This document shows, in pieces, positions 45,923-54,871 of a DNA stretch of 64,000 bases (positions are counted from its first letter, which is position 1; every line of letters begins with the position of its first letter). The position numbers and the translations under genes were made by a program. The stretch is taken from the IMG/VR virus record IMGVR_UViG_3300028048_001915, positions 1 through 64,000 of that record. One strand, given 5' to 3'. The notes beneath the pieces are model-generated. The model made no database searches. It had not been told where the DNA came from and worked only from the letters and a program-made list of their open reading frames with translations. Origin of the DNA: a virus (taxonomy: Duplodnaviria; Caudoviricetes).

Positions 45923-46354
45923 TCATATTAATCCTAGTCCTCTTTGAATAAAATCTATTTCATTTTTATCTTCAGTGTAAAATACTGGAAAATTATTAAA
46001 TAATACCCTATAACCTTTAATATGAGTATTATTAACTTTATTTGGTTTGTATACTTCTGTGAAACTACATTTATATAGACCATGATTCCATTTATCACTA
46101 TCTTTTATTACAACACCCATATTATTCATGACATGGAAAAACTCATCAAATACTACTTCAAAGCTAATGGTATCCATGTAACGTGCAATTTTTAATAAAT
46201 TACTAATATCTAATTCACAGTCCTGACAATTAGTCATGAACTCTATTGATTCATGTTTATTAAAATTAATAAACTTATCATGTTTATTGCAATTATGCCC
46301 TAATTCATGTATGAAATTTCCTGTATGTTTACATTTGCTACAACAAATATACAA
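45923..46354 (-). CDS. Hypothetical protein with Cys pairs
   Basis: ORF track; CSKC and CQDC. Confidence 0.55.
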   Translation of the reverse strand: MYICCSKCKHTGNFIHELGHNCNKHDKFINFNKHESIEFMTNCQDCELDISNLLKIARYMDTISFEVVFDEFFHVMNNMGVVIKDSDKWNHGLYKCSFTEVYKPNKVNNTHIKGYRVLFNNFPVFYTEDKNEIDFIQRGLGLI

Positions 46355-46396
46355 TTATATCATCCCTTTAAATACAATTTTTAACCGAATATTATT

Positions 46397-46639
46397 TTAT
46401 TTTTCTAAGTATTCTTCATTATCTGTCGCAATATATTCTTCCATGACTTCAGGTAGATCGTTGAATGGTATATCGTATTTGTTGCAGATTTTTTGTAATT
46501 GGTCGAGTGTTTGTGTTTCTTCTTGTTCTATTTCGAAATAACGGAATATTACTTGTGGGTCTATCCAAGTTGTATCTCTTTTTATTTTGAATTCTTTTTT
46601 TAAGAACCATTCTTTGAATTGTTCGTATCTGTCAGTCAT
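46397..46639 (-). CDS. Hypothetical protein
   Basis: ORF track. Confidence 0.6.
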   Translation of the reverse strand: MTDRYEQFKEWFLKKEFKIKRDTTWIDPQVIFRYFEIEQEETQTLDQLQKICNKYDIPFNDLPEVMEEYIATDNEEYLEK

Positions 46640-46799
46640 TCTTCCACTTCCTTATTAAATGTCTTAAAAATGCCTCTTCATCACTTATTAAAGGTTCTTG
46701 ATTCATTAATTGTTTTTTTATTTCTTCTATTGATGGCTTCTTCCCAGTATCAACAAAAATAACATGATTCAATATAGTAGGAAATCGTTTTTCAGTCAT
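46632..46799 (-). CDS. 55-aa protein starting MTEKRFP (not in the ORF track)
   Basis: GGAGGTG SD; MTEKRFPTILNHVIFVDTGKKPSIEEIKKQLM...KWKND. Confidence 0.55.
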   Translation of the reverse strand: MTEKRFPTILNHVIFVDTGKKPSIEEIKKQLMNQEPLISDEEAFLRHLIRKWKND

Positions 46800-46990
46800 T
46801 CAAACACCTCCTTTTTTAATTCAAGATAAACACGTATACTATCCAGGGAACCTACTGCGCATACATCAAGATTTTCTTTTAAAAATTCTTTAACCTCGTT
46901 AGGATTACCTGATAATTTATTGTTCTCAAATAAATCATTTAACTGCCTTGTTAATGTTCTTGTATTGGCTTTGATTGTTATTTCAGTCAT
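46796..46990 (-). CDS. Hypothetical protein (MTEIT... start)
   Basis: GGTGA SD before ATG 46990. Confidence 0.55.
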   Translation of the reverse strand: MTEITIKANTRTLTRQLNDLFENNKLSGNPNEVKEFLKENLDVCAVGSLDSIRVYLELKKEVFE

Positions 46991-47165
46991 CGTTATCACC
47001 ATCACAAATAGAATGTAAATATTGCCATGTTTCATACTTCATAGGAATAGGAAGAGATAATACAAATTTTGATAGTGAAATATTGAATTTATCATTTGCC
47101 TTTGTCATCTCTTTCAAACTCTTTGCTATACCACTAAACTTATCTTCCATTCTTCTTTCAGTCAT
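46983..47165 (-). CDS. Hypothetical protein (MTERR... start)
   Basis: ORF track frame, internal ATG 47165. Confidence 0.5.
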   Translation of the reverse strand: MTERRMEDKFSGIAKSLKEMTKANDKFNISLSKFVLSLPIPMKYETWQYLHSICDGDNDD

Positions 47166-47169
47166 TCCA

Positions 47170-47490
47170 TCACTCTTTTTCAAAATATTCACACTCAAAA
47201 CCATACAATTCCTGTCCTTTCAAACATACTTCATATTCATCTTCACCAACAAAACCATCACCCATCTTCCAATCCCAATCATGCCACCCACATTTATTAC
47301 AATCAATAACTGCCTTAAAATCTTCACAATTTTTATTTGGTTCATGTCCTTTTGAACAACAAAAAAGCAGACCCATACCTAAATCACCATGATAACATTT
47401 ACGACAATTATCTGGAATTCTTCCTGAATTCTTATTTCGACTTGTAGTTTTATATCTTATTATATTCTTCTTCGTCTTATTTCCATTCAT
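47170..47490 (-). CDS. Cys-rich hypothetical protein
   Basis: GGAGG SD, ATG 47490; CRKC, CCSKGH, CNKC motifs. Confidence 0.55.
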   Translation of the reverse strand: MNGNKTKKNIIRYKTTSRNKNSGRIPDNCRKCYHGDLGMGLLFCCSKGHEPNKNCEDFKAVIDCNKCGWHDWDWKMGDGFVGEDEYEVCLKGQELYGFECEYFEKE

Positions 47491-47579
47491 AATAATAATC
47501 CTCCCAGTAATAATCCAGTAATAAATGCTAAAATCATACAAAATCGTAAATACCATGTGGGGAATCTTTTTTCAGTCAT
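47487..47579 (-). CDS. 30-aa hydrophobic peptide starting MTEKRFP (not in the ORF track)
   Basis: MTEKRFPTWYLRFCMILAFITGLLLGGLLL; overlaps both neighbours by ATGA. Confidence 0.5.
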   Translation of the reverse strand: MTEKRFPTWYLRFCMILAFITGLLLGGLLL

Positions 47580-47803
47580 TCTAAATCACTTTTTAAATCA
47601 TTTACTTCACGATATAATAAAAGTTCACAACTTTCATCTTTACCATATTTCGCACGATATTCCTCCAATATAAGATAAATATGTTTTTTCCATTTCCTAT
47701 CTTCAAAATAACTCCTAATAACTGCATAAACAATTACACAAAGTAATAATTCAAATGTCATAATTACTAAATCCAATAAAGTAAATGATACAATTTCAGT
47801 CAT
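47576..47803 (-). CDS. Small membrane protein (MTEIV...)
   Basis: N-terminal hydrophobic helix. Confidence 0.55.
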   Translation of the reverse strand: MTEIVSFTLLDLVIMTFELLLCVIVYAVIRSYFEDRKWKKHIYLILEEYRAKYGKDESCELLLYREVNDLKSDLE

Positions 47804-48266
47804 CTGAATCACCAAATAATCTTTTATTTTTTTCTTTAATCTCTTTAGTGTTTTCTTTTAATTCATCAAGATACTCTTGAAATTTATCCGATACTTCATA
47901 TCCTTTCTTTATTGCTCTTGAAATTTCAGACATGAATAAAGAGTTTGCATTAAAATAATGTATACATTGTAATTTCCAAAATTTAATATCATTATCTTGT
48001 TTTAATTCTTTAATTGTTTTATCTTGCTCATTTAATAAATCACAAACAGTATCTGCTTCCACATGATATTCATATACATAATCCCAGTATTTATCACTTG
48101 CAGATTGCAAAATAGCATCTTCATACTCTTCAATATCTATATTATCCTTTTTAGCCGTTTCAAATTCTTTTTTCTCAAAATCCTCTAATGTTTTATAGTC
48201 TTCGCTTTCTGTATCTAAAAAATAAACATATTCATCATCAGTTACACTAATATATCTTTCACTCAT
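47796..48266 (-). CDS. Hypothetical coiled-coil protein
   Basis: ORF track; GGTGATCCTGA-ATG. Confidence 0.6.
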   Translation of the reverse strand: MSERYISVTDDEYVYFLDTESEDYKTLEDFEKKEFETAKKDNIDIEEYEDAILQSASDKYWDYVYEYHVEADTVCDLLNEQDKTIKELKQDNDIKFWKLQCIHYFNANSLFMSEISRAIKKGYEVSDKFQEYLDELKENTKEIKEKNKRLFGDSDD

Positions 48267-48272
48267 TCAGGA

Positions 48273-48566
48273 TCACCATCTCTTCAATTCCTCGTTCACA
48301 TAATCTTCACATACACAAGTAGTACAATTACATTCTACTTGATTTGATTTTATCATTGCATTGATTATTCTATCTTTCATTGATGCATTCTCTTTTTCCA
48401 GTTCAGTATTTTGTTTGTCTGCTAATTCTAATTCTTCACGAAGAAGATTAATATATTCATCTTGCTTATTCAATAAATCAACAACTTCTTCTCTGTTTAA
48501 CTCAAATTTCCCTTCTACAACAGGACATTCAGTATCATCACCAATTTTAAATCGTTTTTCAGTCAT
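48273..48566 (-). CDS. Hypothetical protein (MTEKRF...)
   Basis: ORF track; GGTGA SD. Confidence 0.6.
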   Translation of the reverse strand: MTEKRFKIGDDTECPVVEGKFELNREEVVDLLNKQDEYINLLREELELADKQNTELEKENASMKDRIINAMIKSNQVECNCTTCVCEDYVNEELKRW

Positions 48567-48578
48567 ACAACATCACCA

Positions 48579-48884
48579 TTATAAATTAAACTCCATACTT
48601 AAACCATCAAAACTAAAAAAATACCTCTGCCCATAATTATTAGTATATTCAAAAGTACAACCGAACTCCTCACAAAAATCAACTAATATATTTAATGGGA
48701 TTTTAGATACATTAGAAATGTCTAATCCAAATGAATCACCAAAAAACATTAGTTTTACTTTTATTCCATTATTACGCATAAATTCTTCACAATCAAATTT
48801 AAATTCTCTTTTACTTCTCTCAAATTTCTTTTTTATATTATTCAAATCAATAACATCTTGTTTAAATCGTTTATTTTCAGTCAT
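48579..48884 (-). CDS. Hypothetical protein (MTENKRF...)
   Basis: ORF track frame. Confidence 0.6.
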   Translation of the reverse strand: MTENKRFKQDVIDLNNIKKKFERSKREFKFDCEEFMRNNGIKVKLMFFGDSFGLDISNVSKIPLNILVDFCEEFGCTFEYTNNYGQRYFFSFDGLSMEFNL

Positions 48885-48885
48885 T

Positions 48886-49092
48886 TCAATCATCATATAA
48901 AGTTATTTCTAATCTTCTTTTATTACCGATTGCATCTTTTAAATCAAAACAAATTGTTCTTTCTGTTTCAATTGACAATTTATTTTCACATAACATCTTA
49001 CTGAACATTTCACCATTTTCTGTGAATATTTGCTCCAAATACATTATAAAACTCATACCATTTTGAATTGGTTTTATTTTTTCAGTCATCAT
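48886..49092 (-). CDS. Hypothetical protein (MTEKIK...)
   Basis: ORF track. Confidence 0.55.
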   Translation of the reverse strand: MMTEKIKPIQNGMSFIMYLEQIFTENGEMFSKMLCENKLSIETERTICFDLKDAIGNKRRLEITLYDD

Positions 49093-49310
49093 TCCACTTC
49101 CTCTAATTGTTTTTTAATAGATTTACCATATATTGCTTCTAAATCTTTTTTATGTTTTCTTACAAGTAATTTATAAGGAAATAAATCATTTAACAAATCT
49201 ACAAGGACTTTGGCATCTTCGGGGCTAAAAACACTTGCTACATTTTCAGTATAACCATTATGTTGCATCATTATCCAATGTGAATCGTGATAAAATCGTT
49301 TTTCAGTCAT
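49089..49310 (-). CDS. Hypothetical protein (MTEKRF...)
   Basis: GGTGA SD, ATG 49310. Confidence 0.6.
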   Translation of the reverse strand: MTEKRFYHDSHWIMMQHNGYTENVASVFSPEDAKVLVDLLNDLFPYKLLVRKHKKDLEAIYGKSIKKQLEEVE

Positions 49311-49315
49311 ATTAA

Positions 49316-49576
49316 TCACCTATTAAATTTTCCCCATACTTTTCTTTCGTTTTTTGATTCCATAATCCAAACAACTGGATTTTTCTTGTAACGACATGAC
49401 CCCAGATTTTTAATCTTCATCTGATATGGTCTATATCTTCCTCTTGTACTAATTCTTTTCGTAAACCTGAATGAATAATGAAGTAACCATAATTCCCAGA
49501 TAGGTAAAATAGGGTTCAATGGATTACTATAATACCTTTGGTGCTTTGAAAAATTTGATTTATGAATATAAGTCAT
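49316..49576 (-). CDS. Basic hypothetical protein
   Basis: ORF track; GGTGA SD. Confidence 0.55.
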   Translation of the reverse strand: MTYIHKSNFSKHQRYYSNPLNPILPIWELWLLHYSFRFTKRISTRGRYRPYQMKIKNLGSCRYKKNPVVWIMESKNERKVWGKFNR

Positions 49577-49593
49577 TCCACATCACCTAATTC

Positions 49594-49866
49594 TTATAAA
49601 CTATCCCTTTCCCTCATCTTTTTATTAGCCACATCATAATCCCATATTTTCAATGGGTAAATACCTTTTTCTTTTAATAATTTAACCATCTCCCCTAATA
49701 TCACATTAGGCTCTGTCCGTATTCCTGCCCGTACTTTTGCTTTTGCATATGCTATTTTCCACATTTTATCTAATTCTTTTTTATTAGGCAGTTCTTTCGC
49801 ATTGTAAAGATAATGTTCTGTAAATTCCCAATCAAATGAAGTTAATGCAATTATTTCAGTCATCAT
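49594..49866 (-). CDS. Hypothetical protein (MTEII...)
   Basis: ORF track. Confidence 0.6.
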   Translation of the reverse strand: MMTEIIALTSFDWEFTEHYLYNAKELPNKKELDKMWKIAYAKAKVRAGIRTEPNVILGEMVKLLKEKGIYPLKIWDYDVANKKMRERDSL

Positions 49867-49879
49867 ATATCACCATTTA

Positions 49880-50254
49880 TTAAACATTATATTTCCTCAA
49901 TATTCTATTAAAGAAACCTAAATTATAATTAAAACCATATGGGGCAATGTCCTTATCTTCAAGAACAAACAACCAAGCAACACAAACTTCTGTCATAAGA
50001 CTTAATGAGATTCCCCTTTCATCTTCTGCCTTTGCTTTACCAAATTTGGCATCAGAAACTAATTCTTTAATAATATTCTCTTCTGTCCATCTTTTATTAA
50101 CCACCCAGTTATCAACATATTCACCTTTAACTTCTATACCTATTGTTTTTAGTTCATCAACAGTTAGATAATCCACTAATCTTTTAGCAAACCTTTTATC
50201 AAACATTGTTTCTAATTTCTCATAATTTTCCAATATTTCTTGTTTAGTTTTCAT
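49880..50254 (-). CDS. Hypothetical protein
   Basis: ORF track; GGAG SD. Confidence 0.6.
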   Translation of the reverse strand: MKTKQEILENYEKLETMFDKRFAKRLVDYLTVDELKTIGIEVKGEYVDNWVVNKRWTEENIIKELVSDAKFGKAKAEDERGISLSLMTEVCVAWLFVLEDKDIAPYGFNYNLGFFNRILRKYNV

Positions 50255-50300
50255 AATTAATTACTCCAATGAATTATTTATTTTCAGTTATTCAGAATCC

Positions 50301-50420
50301 TCATTCATCATCATATCTTTTTTCTTCATCTTCAATCTCTAATGCTTGATACCCACATTCAAGACATAAAGTACAACAATGTCCTGATTGCAAAACACAG
50401 TATGTTATTTCATCACTCAT
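50301..50420 (-). CDS. 39-aa Cys-rich peptide (not in the ORF track)
   Basis: GGTGATCCTGA-ATG; MSDEITYCVLQSGHCCTLCLECGYQALEIEDEEKRYDDE. Confidence 0.5.
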   Translation of the reverse strand: MSDEITYCVLQSGHCCTLCLECGYQALEIEDEEKRYDDE

Positions 50421-50426
50421 TCAGGA

Positions 50427-50921
50427 TCACCTTAAAATTTCGTAATCTTGTCCATTCATAAATACTATCTTATCATTACTTGCTAATTCTGTAATTCTTT
50501 CTTTTAATCTTTCATTTTGTTTTTTCAAATAATCTATATAATCATCTTGACTATTTGATTCAATTGTGCATCGTAAAAATTTGTTTTCTTTTTTTAATTT
50601 TCTATTTTCTTTTGCTAAATCGTATTCTTTCACTTCTGAATAGAATAAATCTTCTAATGCATTTTTAACTTTTTCATCTTCACAATTGTTTATAAATTCT
50701 TTTAACGATAAGATACGATTATTTATATTCTCATCCCTAATTTCACTTAATCGTTTATACCTTTCTTTTTCTCGTTTTAACTGAATATTCTTTTTTTTTA
50801 GTTCTTTGTTCTGTTCTTTTAATTGTTGATTTTTTTTATCTAATCCATTCATTACTTCAAGAAAAGCATTTGTCTGCCATCCATGCACAGTTTTCCAGGT
50901 AAATCGTTTATTTTCAGTCAT
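50427..50921 (-). CDS. Coiled-coil protein (MTENKRF...)
   Basis: ORF track; heptad pattern. Confidence 0.6.
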   Translation of the reverse strand: MTENKRFTWKTVHGWQTNAFLEVMNGLDKKNQQLKEQNKELKKKNIQLKREKERYKRLSEIRDENINNRILSLKEFINNCEDEKVKNALEDLFYSEVKEYDLAKENRKLKKENKFLRCTIESNSQDDYIDYLKKQNERLKERITELASNDKIVFMNGQDYEILR

Positions 50922-50923
50922 TA

Positions 50924-51112
50924 TTAATCACCAATATAATATTCACAACCATCCGCACTTGACAAAACTTGTTCATGTGTCAATGCACAATAATCATTAC
51001 AATCCTCACCATCTGTCTTTTTTTTATAAGGTTGGAATAAATGATTATTACAATACAAACACCATGTATCCCGATATATTTTCCTGTTAATCCTTTTTTT
51101 ATATTCCACCAT
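50924..51112 (-). CDS. Small Cys-containing protein
   Basis: CLYC...C...C...C. Confidence 0.5.
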   Translation of the reverse strand: MVEYKKRINRKIYRDTWCLYCNNHLFQPYKKKTDGEDCNDYCALTHEQVLSSADGCEYYIGD

Positions 51113-51118
51113 AGTATT

Positions 51119-51511
51119 TCACACCTCTATATGTGATGGCTCGTAACATTCAAATGGAATATACACCATAAAACATTCATTATCAGATTCTTCATTATTA
51201 TGACAATAAAGAATTATTTTTAATTTACTCCTTTCCACCATAGCTGCTTCACTAACATGATCTGCAGCAGTAACTGGGTTAACGAATATGAAAAAAGGTG
51301 GTGTATATGGTAATCGTATTAATTCCCATTGTCTAAATTTCAAATAAACACCTGATATATCATAATAACTGTCATGTATCTGCATGTAATGGTTTTGCCA
51401 TAATTTACGGTTGATTTTTTTGATTAACCATCGGCTTTTACGATTTAATTCATTGTTTAAACCATTACATAATCCGCCAATATGTTTTGCTGATTTACGA
51501 GTCATAATCAT
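51119..51511 (-). CDS. Hypothetical protein
   Basis: ORF track. Confidence 0.5.
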   Translation of the reverse strand: MIMTRKSAKHIGGLCNGLNNELNRKSRWLIKKINRKLWQNHYMQIHDSYYDISGVYLKFRQWELIRLPYTPPFFIFVNPVTAADHVSEAAMVERSKLKIILYCHNNEESDNECFMVYIPFECYEPSHIEV

Positions 51512-51792
51512 TAATACCTCTTTGTATTTAATATACGGAGAGCTTCTATTAACCCCTCATTTTTACCTTCAAGTTTAATTCGTGAATCTTTTATTTGACT
51601 TATTATGTCGTTTAATTTTTTAATAGTTGATTCATATTCATCAATAGATTCATTCTGTTTTTTTATTTCTTTTTTCAATCCCTTTATCTCTTTTTCTAAA
51701 CGAGTTATTTGTCTGCTTTTTTCCTCACTTAAAGATTTATATTTTTTCTCATCAACCATAACTTTAGTCTCCTTTGTTTTTAATATACTCAA
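51511..51792 (-). CDS. Coiled-coil protein
   Basis: ORF track. Confidence 0.55.
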   Translation of the reverse strand: MSILKTKETKVMVDEKKYKSLSEEKSRQITRLEKEIKGLKKEIKKQNESIDEYESTIKKLNDIISQIKDSRIKLEGKNEGLIEALRILNTKRY

Positions 51793-51949
51793 ACATTTTT
51801 CTCTCTAATTCATCCATTTTACTAACAATATTATTCATATGATTAATATCTGGATTTTCTTGTTGTTTCAAATTATTCAATATAGCTGAATATTCCAGGT
51901 ATTTTCTGCAATAATTTTTGAAAGGATTATCGTTTTTCATGCAGCACAC
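51764..51949 (-). CDS. Hypothetical protein
   Basis: ORF track. Confidence 0.5.
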   Translation of the reverse strand: MCCMKNDNPFKNYCRKYLEYSAILNNLKQQENPDINHMNNIVSKMDELERKMFEYIKNKGD

Positions 51950-52296
51950 TCCCCATAGTTTTTAACGTCTAATCCTTTTAACATATTCCAGTTTAAACCT
52001 TCATTGTTTAATGTTTGTGTTGCTAATTCTTTATTCACGATTATTATAGTGTATCCTTGATTGTTGCATTTTTGGAATAATTTTAATAGGTTAACAGAGC
52101 TGAATCTGAGAGTTTTTTTGTTTGATGTTATTGCGAATACCCATGTGTATCCTTTTTTTGTAGATGCATTGGCTTTTTTGATATTAACGAATCCGGTTTT
52201 ATTTCTTGTTGTTTTGAATCTGTTAGATTGGTTATGGTTTATTTTTAGTTTATTCTTTTTTAGTGCTTCTTCGAATAATATTTTTAATTTAACCAT
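51937..52296 (-). CDS. Basic putative DNA-binding protein (AP2-like beta-sheet domain)
   Basis: NKTGFVNIKK...KGYTWVF...LRFSSVNLLKL. Confidence 0.45.
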   Translation of the reverse strand: MVKLKILFEEALKKNKLKINHNQSNRFKTTRNKTGFVNIKKANASTKKGYTWVFAITSNKKTLRFSSVNLLKLFQKCNNQGYTIIIVNKELATQTLNNEGLNWNMLKGLDVKNYGECAA

Positions 52297-52341
52297 TTTT
52301 TATTTCACATCCCACCATTTTCTATTAGTTTTTTTTAATTA

Positions 52342-52668
52342 TCACTCTTTTTTAATTTCCACTGTTACATTATGGTTGTCTTTTAGTAATTCTTGGAAAT
52401 CTAATCTCCAACTGTCCTTGAATTCAGGATTATCTGCAACATATAAACCATCAATACTGGTTAATTCATGTTCATATGATTTATTACGTTTCTCAAGAGT
52501 GTGAGAATAATCGGCTAATTTAATAATGATTTTGCCCGTAATCTCATTACTTTCTAATAAAGATTTAATCATTTTACTGTTTATTTTATCATTAATTATG
52601 AATCCTAAACTTATTCCACATATGAAGAGTAATATGAAACTTATTGTCATCATAACTGGTTCAATCAT
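52342..52668 (-). CDS. Membrane-anchored hypothetical protein
   Basis: N-terminal hydrophobic helix. Confidence 0.55.
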   Translation of the reverse strand: MIEPVMMTISFILLFICGISLGFIINDKINSKMIKSLLESNEITGKIIIKLADYSHTLEKRNKSYEHELTSIDGLYVADNPEFKDSWRLDFQELLKDNHNVTVEIKKE

Positions 52669-52715
52669 AATTTTATACCTCTCCTTTAAAAAAATAATAA
52701 ATAATGGAATTTTTT

Positions 52716-52970
52716 TTATAAATAAACTCCATTAATTAAAGTGAATAATTTTCCAGGACCTTGCATTAATCCATCATCATAATTTTTAATAGAAACTTTC
52801 ACTTGATCTTCAGGCATGCCTAGTACATTAGCTAGCATCCATTTGGATGGTACGAAGTTATGTTCTTCTGCTTTGAAATGGACTCTTAAGTTATTGTTTT
52901 TCTTTGTTACGTATATTGTGATGTTTGGGAAAACATCTAATAATTTCATTGCTAATTCTTTTTCATTCAT
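52716..52970 (-). CDS. Hypothetical protein
   Basis: ORF track; GGAGG SD. Confidence 0.55.
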   Translation of the reverse strand: MNEKELAMKLLDVFPNITIYVTKKNNNLRVHFKAEEHNFVPSKWMLANVLGMPEDQVKVSIKNYDDGLMQGPGKLFTLINGVYL

Positions 52971-53011
52971 TAAAAATCATTCCTCCATTTTTTTTCTTGT
53001 AATTTTTTTTA

Positions 53012-53223
53012 TTATATAGAATATTGCTTAAATATCTCATTTACTAATTCATTGAATTTTTTATCAGGATTTTCTTCTATTTTAGCTAATATTTTAGTAA
53101 TATCCCTACCCTGTATGTTCGCAGTGTTAATTTTAGTATACTTAACATATTTTGTATACGAAGTTCCTGCTTAACTCCACGTAATTCTTCGTTAATTTCA
53201 TTTAATTCATATGATTCTTTCAT
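53012..53223 (-). pseudogene. Small gene apparently split by a -1 frameshift
   Basis: MKESYELNEINEELRGVKQELRIQNMLSILK continues naturally as INTANIQGRDITKILAKIEENPDKKFNELVNEIFKQYSI in the -1 frame at the A4 run (53131-53134). Confidence 0.35.
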
Positions 53224-53227
53224 TATT

Positions 53228-53410
53228 TTATTCCTCCATGCAGTCTTCTAAGTAGGTATGGTCTACTAATATTATTTTTTCATTGTTTAGTGGGCTTTTT
53301 AGTATGTCCACTAGTTTTGATTCATATTGTTTTATGCCGATTTTTACTTGGGCATTGTCTGGGCATTGTTCCAGATATTTTTTTAGTTGTTTTACTGTTA
53401 GTGGTTTCAT
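53228..53410 (-). CDS. Hypothetical protein
   Basis: ORF track. Confidence 0.55.
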   Translation of the reverse strand: MKPLTVKQLKKYLEQCPDNAQVKIGIKQYESKLVDILKSPLNNEKIILVDHTYLEDCMEE

Positions 53411-53635
53411 TGCATCCTCCCTGTGCTGATTTGGATTATTGGATATCCATCAACCATTCCATTATTTCTATTTTTTATTGTTGGTCTGTTTAAATGAAAA
53501 TCAGCGACATTAATATAGAATGGGTTTCTTAATGTTGGCCCATTCCTATTGTAGTTTTTTCTAATTTTATAAGCTACCATAAGCCAAACTCTCCCAAGGA
53601 ATTAATTTTTCCATTTTTCCACACCCATTAAATTT

Positions 53636-53917
53636 TTACCATAAGTGGTCCCAGGATAAAGTCTTAACCTGACCCACCTTAGCCTCCTGATGATAAATAT
53701 GGTCACCATAAACATAACCCATACTATTACCATAATCAATCAAATGCTTATACCAACCTTTACGAATATTCAAATTAGTACCACGACTTATTCTTCCTAT
53801 TTTGACTAAAGCAGATTTGTAGCTGAAACCTTCATCTAAGTAGGGTTTGATTTGTTCAAACAAATCTTTTGTTTCGTTTTTTCTTTCTGCTGTAGTTTGT
53901 TCGACTATTGTTATCAT
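53636..53917 (-). CDS. Hypothetical protein
   Basis: ORF track. Confidence 0.55.
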   Translation of the reverse strand: MITIVEQTTAERKNETKDLFEQIKPYLDEGFSYKSALVKIGRISRGTNLNIRKGWYKHLIDYGNSMGYVYGDHIYHQEAKVGQVKTLSWDHLW

Positions 53918-54861
53918 TTTTTCACCCCATATCTTTTGATAAAATCGATAAAATCAATTGGATTAATATTTTTTAACCCGTAAACACTATGGTATTTGTC
54001 ATGGCAGAATTTGCATAATGTAACACCATTATTCTCATTAACAGCTAGTTCGGGGTTTTCTTTGTATCCGAATAGGTGGTGTACGTGTAGGTGTTTGTTT
54101 AATCCGCAGCAGATGCATTGTTGATTATCTCTTGATAATACTTGTTTTCTCCAGTTATCGTATCCTGGTACTTCATCTTCACGAGTTATGGTGATTGGTT
54201 CATCTGATTCTTCGATTTTAACTGCATCAGATACGAGTAATTGGATTTTACCGCCTCTATATTCATTTGGGCTGTATCTTCCGATTAATCTGATATGGTC
54301 TCCATTTTTCCATTTATCGAAGTCTGCACATTTGTCTTCAAATCTTGCTTTGATTATTATACTGGTGTCCTCGTCATAGATTTCAACATATTGTGAGTAA
54401 ACTGCCTTTCCTATAATATCATCTTCTTCCACAATAGGGTTACTCATATTTTTTATTTTACAGTCTAATGCTAGGAATTGGGTTTTTCTTAAATCAATTT
54501 CATTTAATTTAATGTATAATTCATCAGGTTCTGTTCCCATAATGTTGCATAATTGGTGGAATTCCTCTATGGATATATCCATTCTTGCATTACACATAAT
54601 AGCTTGAGATAACCCTTCTATAATACCAATATTTTTTAGAGTATTTGTATCTGTTAAAACAGATAAGTTAATATATATACCACATAAACAAACTTGTGGA
54701 TTGTCGTTCAAACTTTGTTCTTCTGAATCACGGTGAAACCATATAAATAAATGCTCCGTGAGCCTATCCTCTCCATATTTAAAAGTACCTGGAACACAAG
54801 TACGATATTCGATAGTATAATTTTCAAATTCAAGTTCTTGAGTTTTCCCCATTATTTTCAC
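53914..54861 (-). CDS. HNH endonuclease domain protein
   Basis: C-terminal WRKQVLSRDNQQCICCG...HLHVHH...NGVTLCKFCHDKYH. Confidence 0.8.
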   Translation of the reverse strand: MKIMGKTQELEFENYTIEYRTCVPGTFKYGEDRLTEHLFIWFHRDSEEQSLNDNPQVCLCGIYINLSVLTDTNTLKNIGIIEGLSQAIMCNARMDISIEEFHQLCNIMGTEPDELYIKLNEIDLRKTQFLALDCKIKNMSNPIVEEDDIIGKAVYSQYVEIYDEDTSIIIKARFEDKCADFDKWKNGDHIRLIGRYSPNEYRGGKIQLLVSDAVKIEESDEPITITREDEVPGYDNWRKQVLSRDNQQCICCGLNKHLHVHHLFGYKENPELAVNENNGVTLCKFCHDKYHSVYGLKNINPIDFIDFIKRYGVKK

Positions 54862-54871
54862 TCTCCATCTT

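Noticed and set aside
48253-48262. Extra GTGAAAGATA copy
   Set aside because: It lies in the start of ORF 47796..48266 (MSERY), lacks the downstream AAYAAY/TAAC arm, and is not followed by a cassette domain; likely chance in AT-rich DNA.
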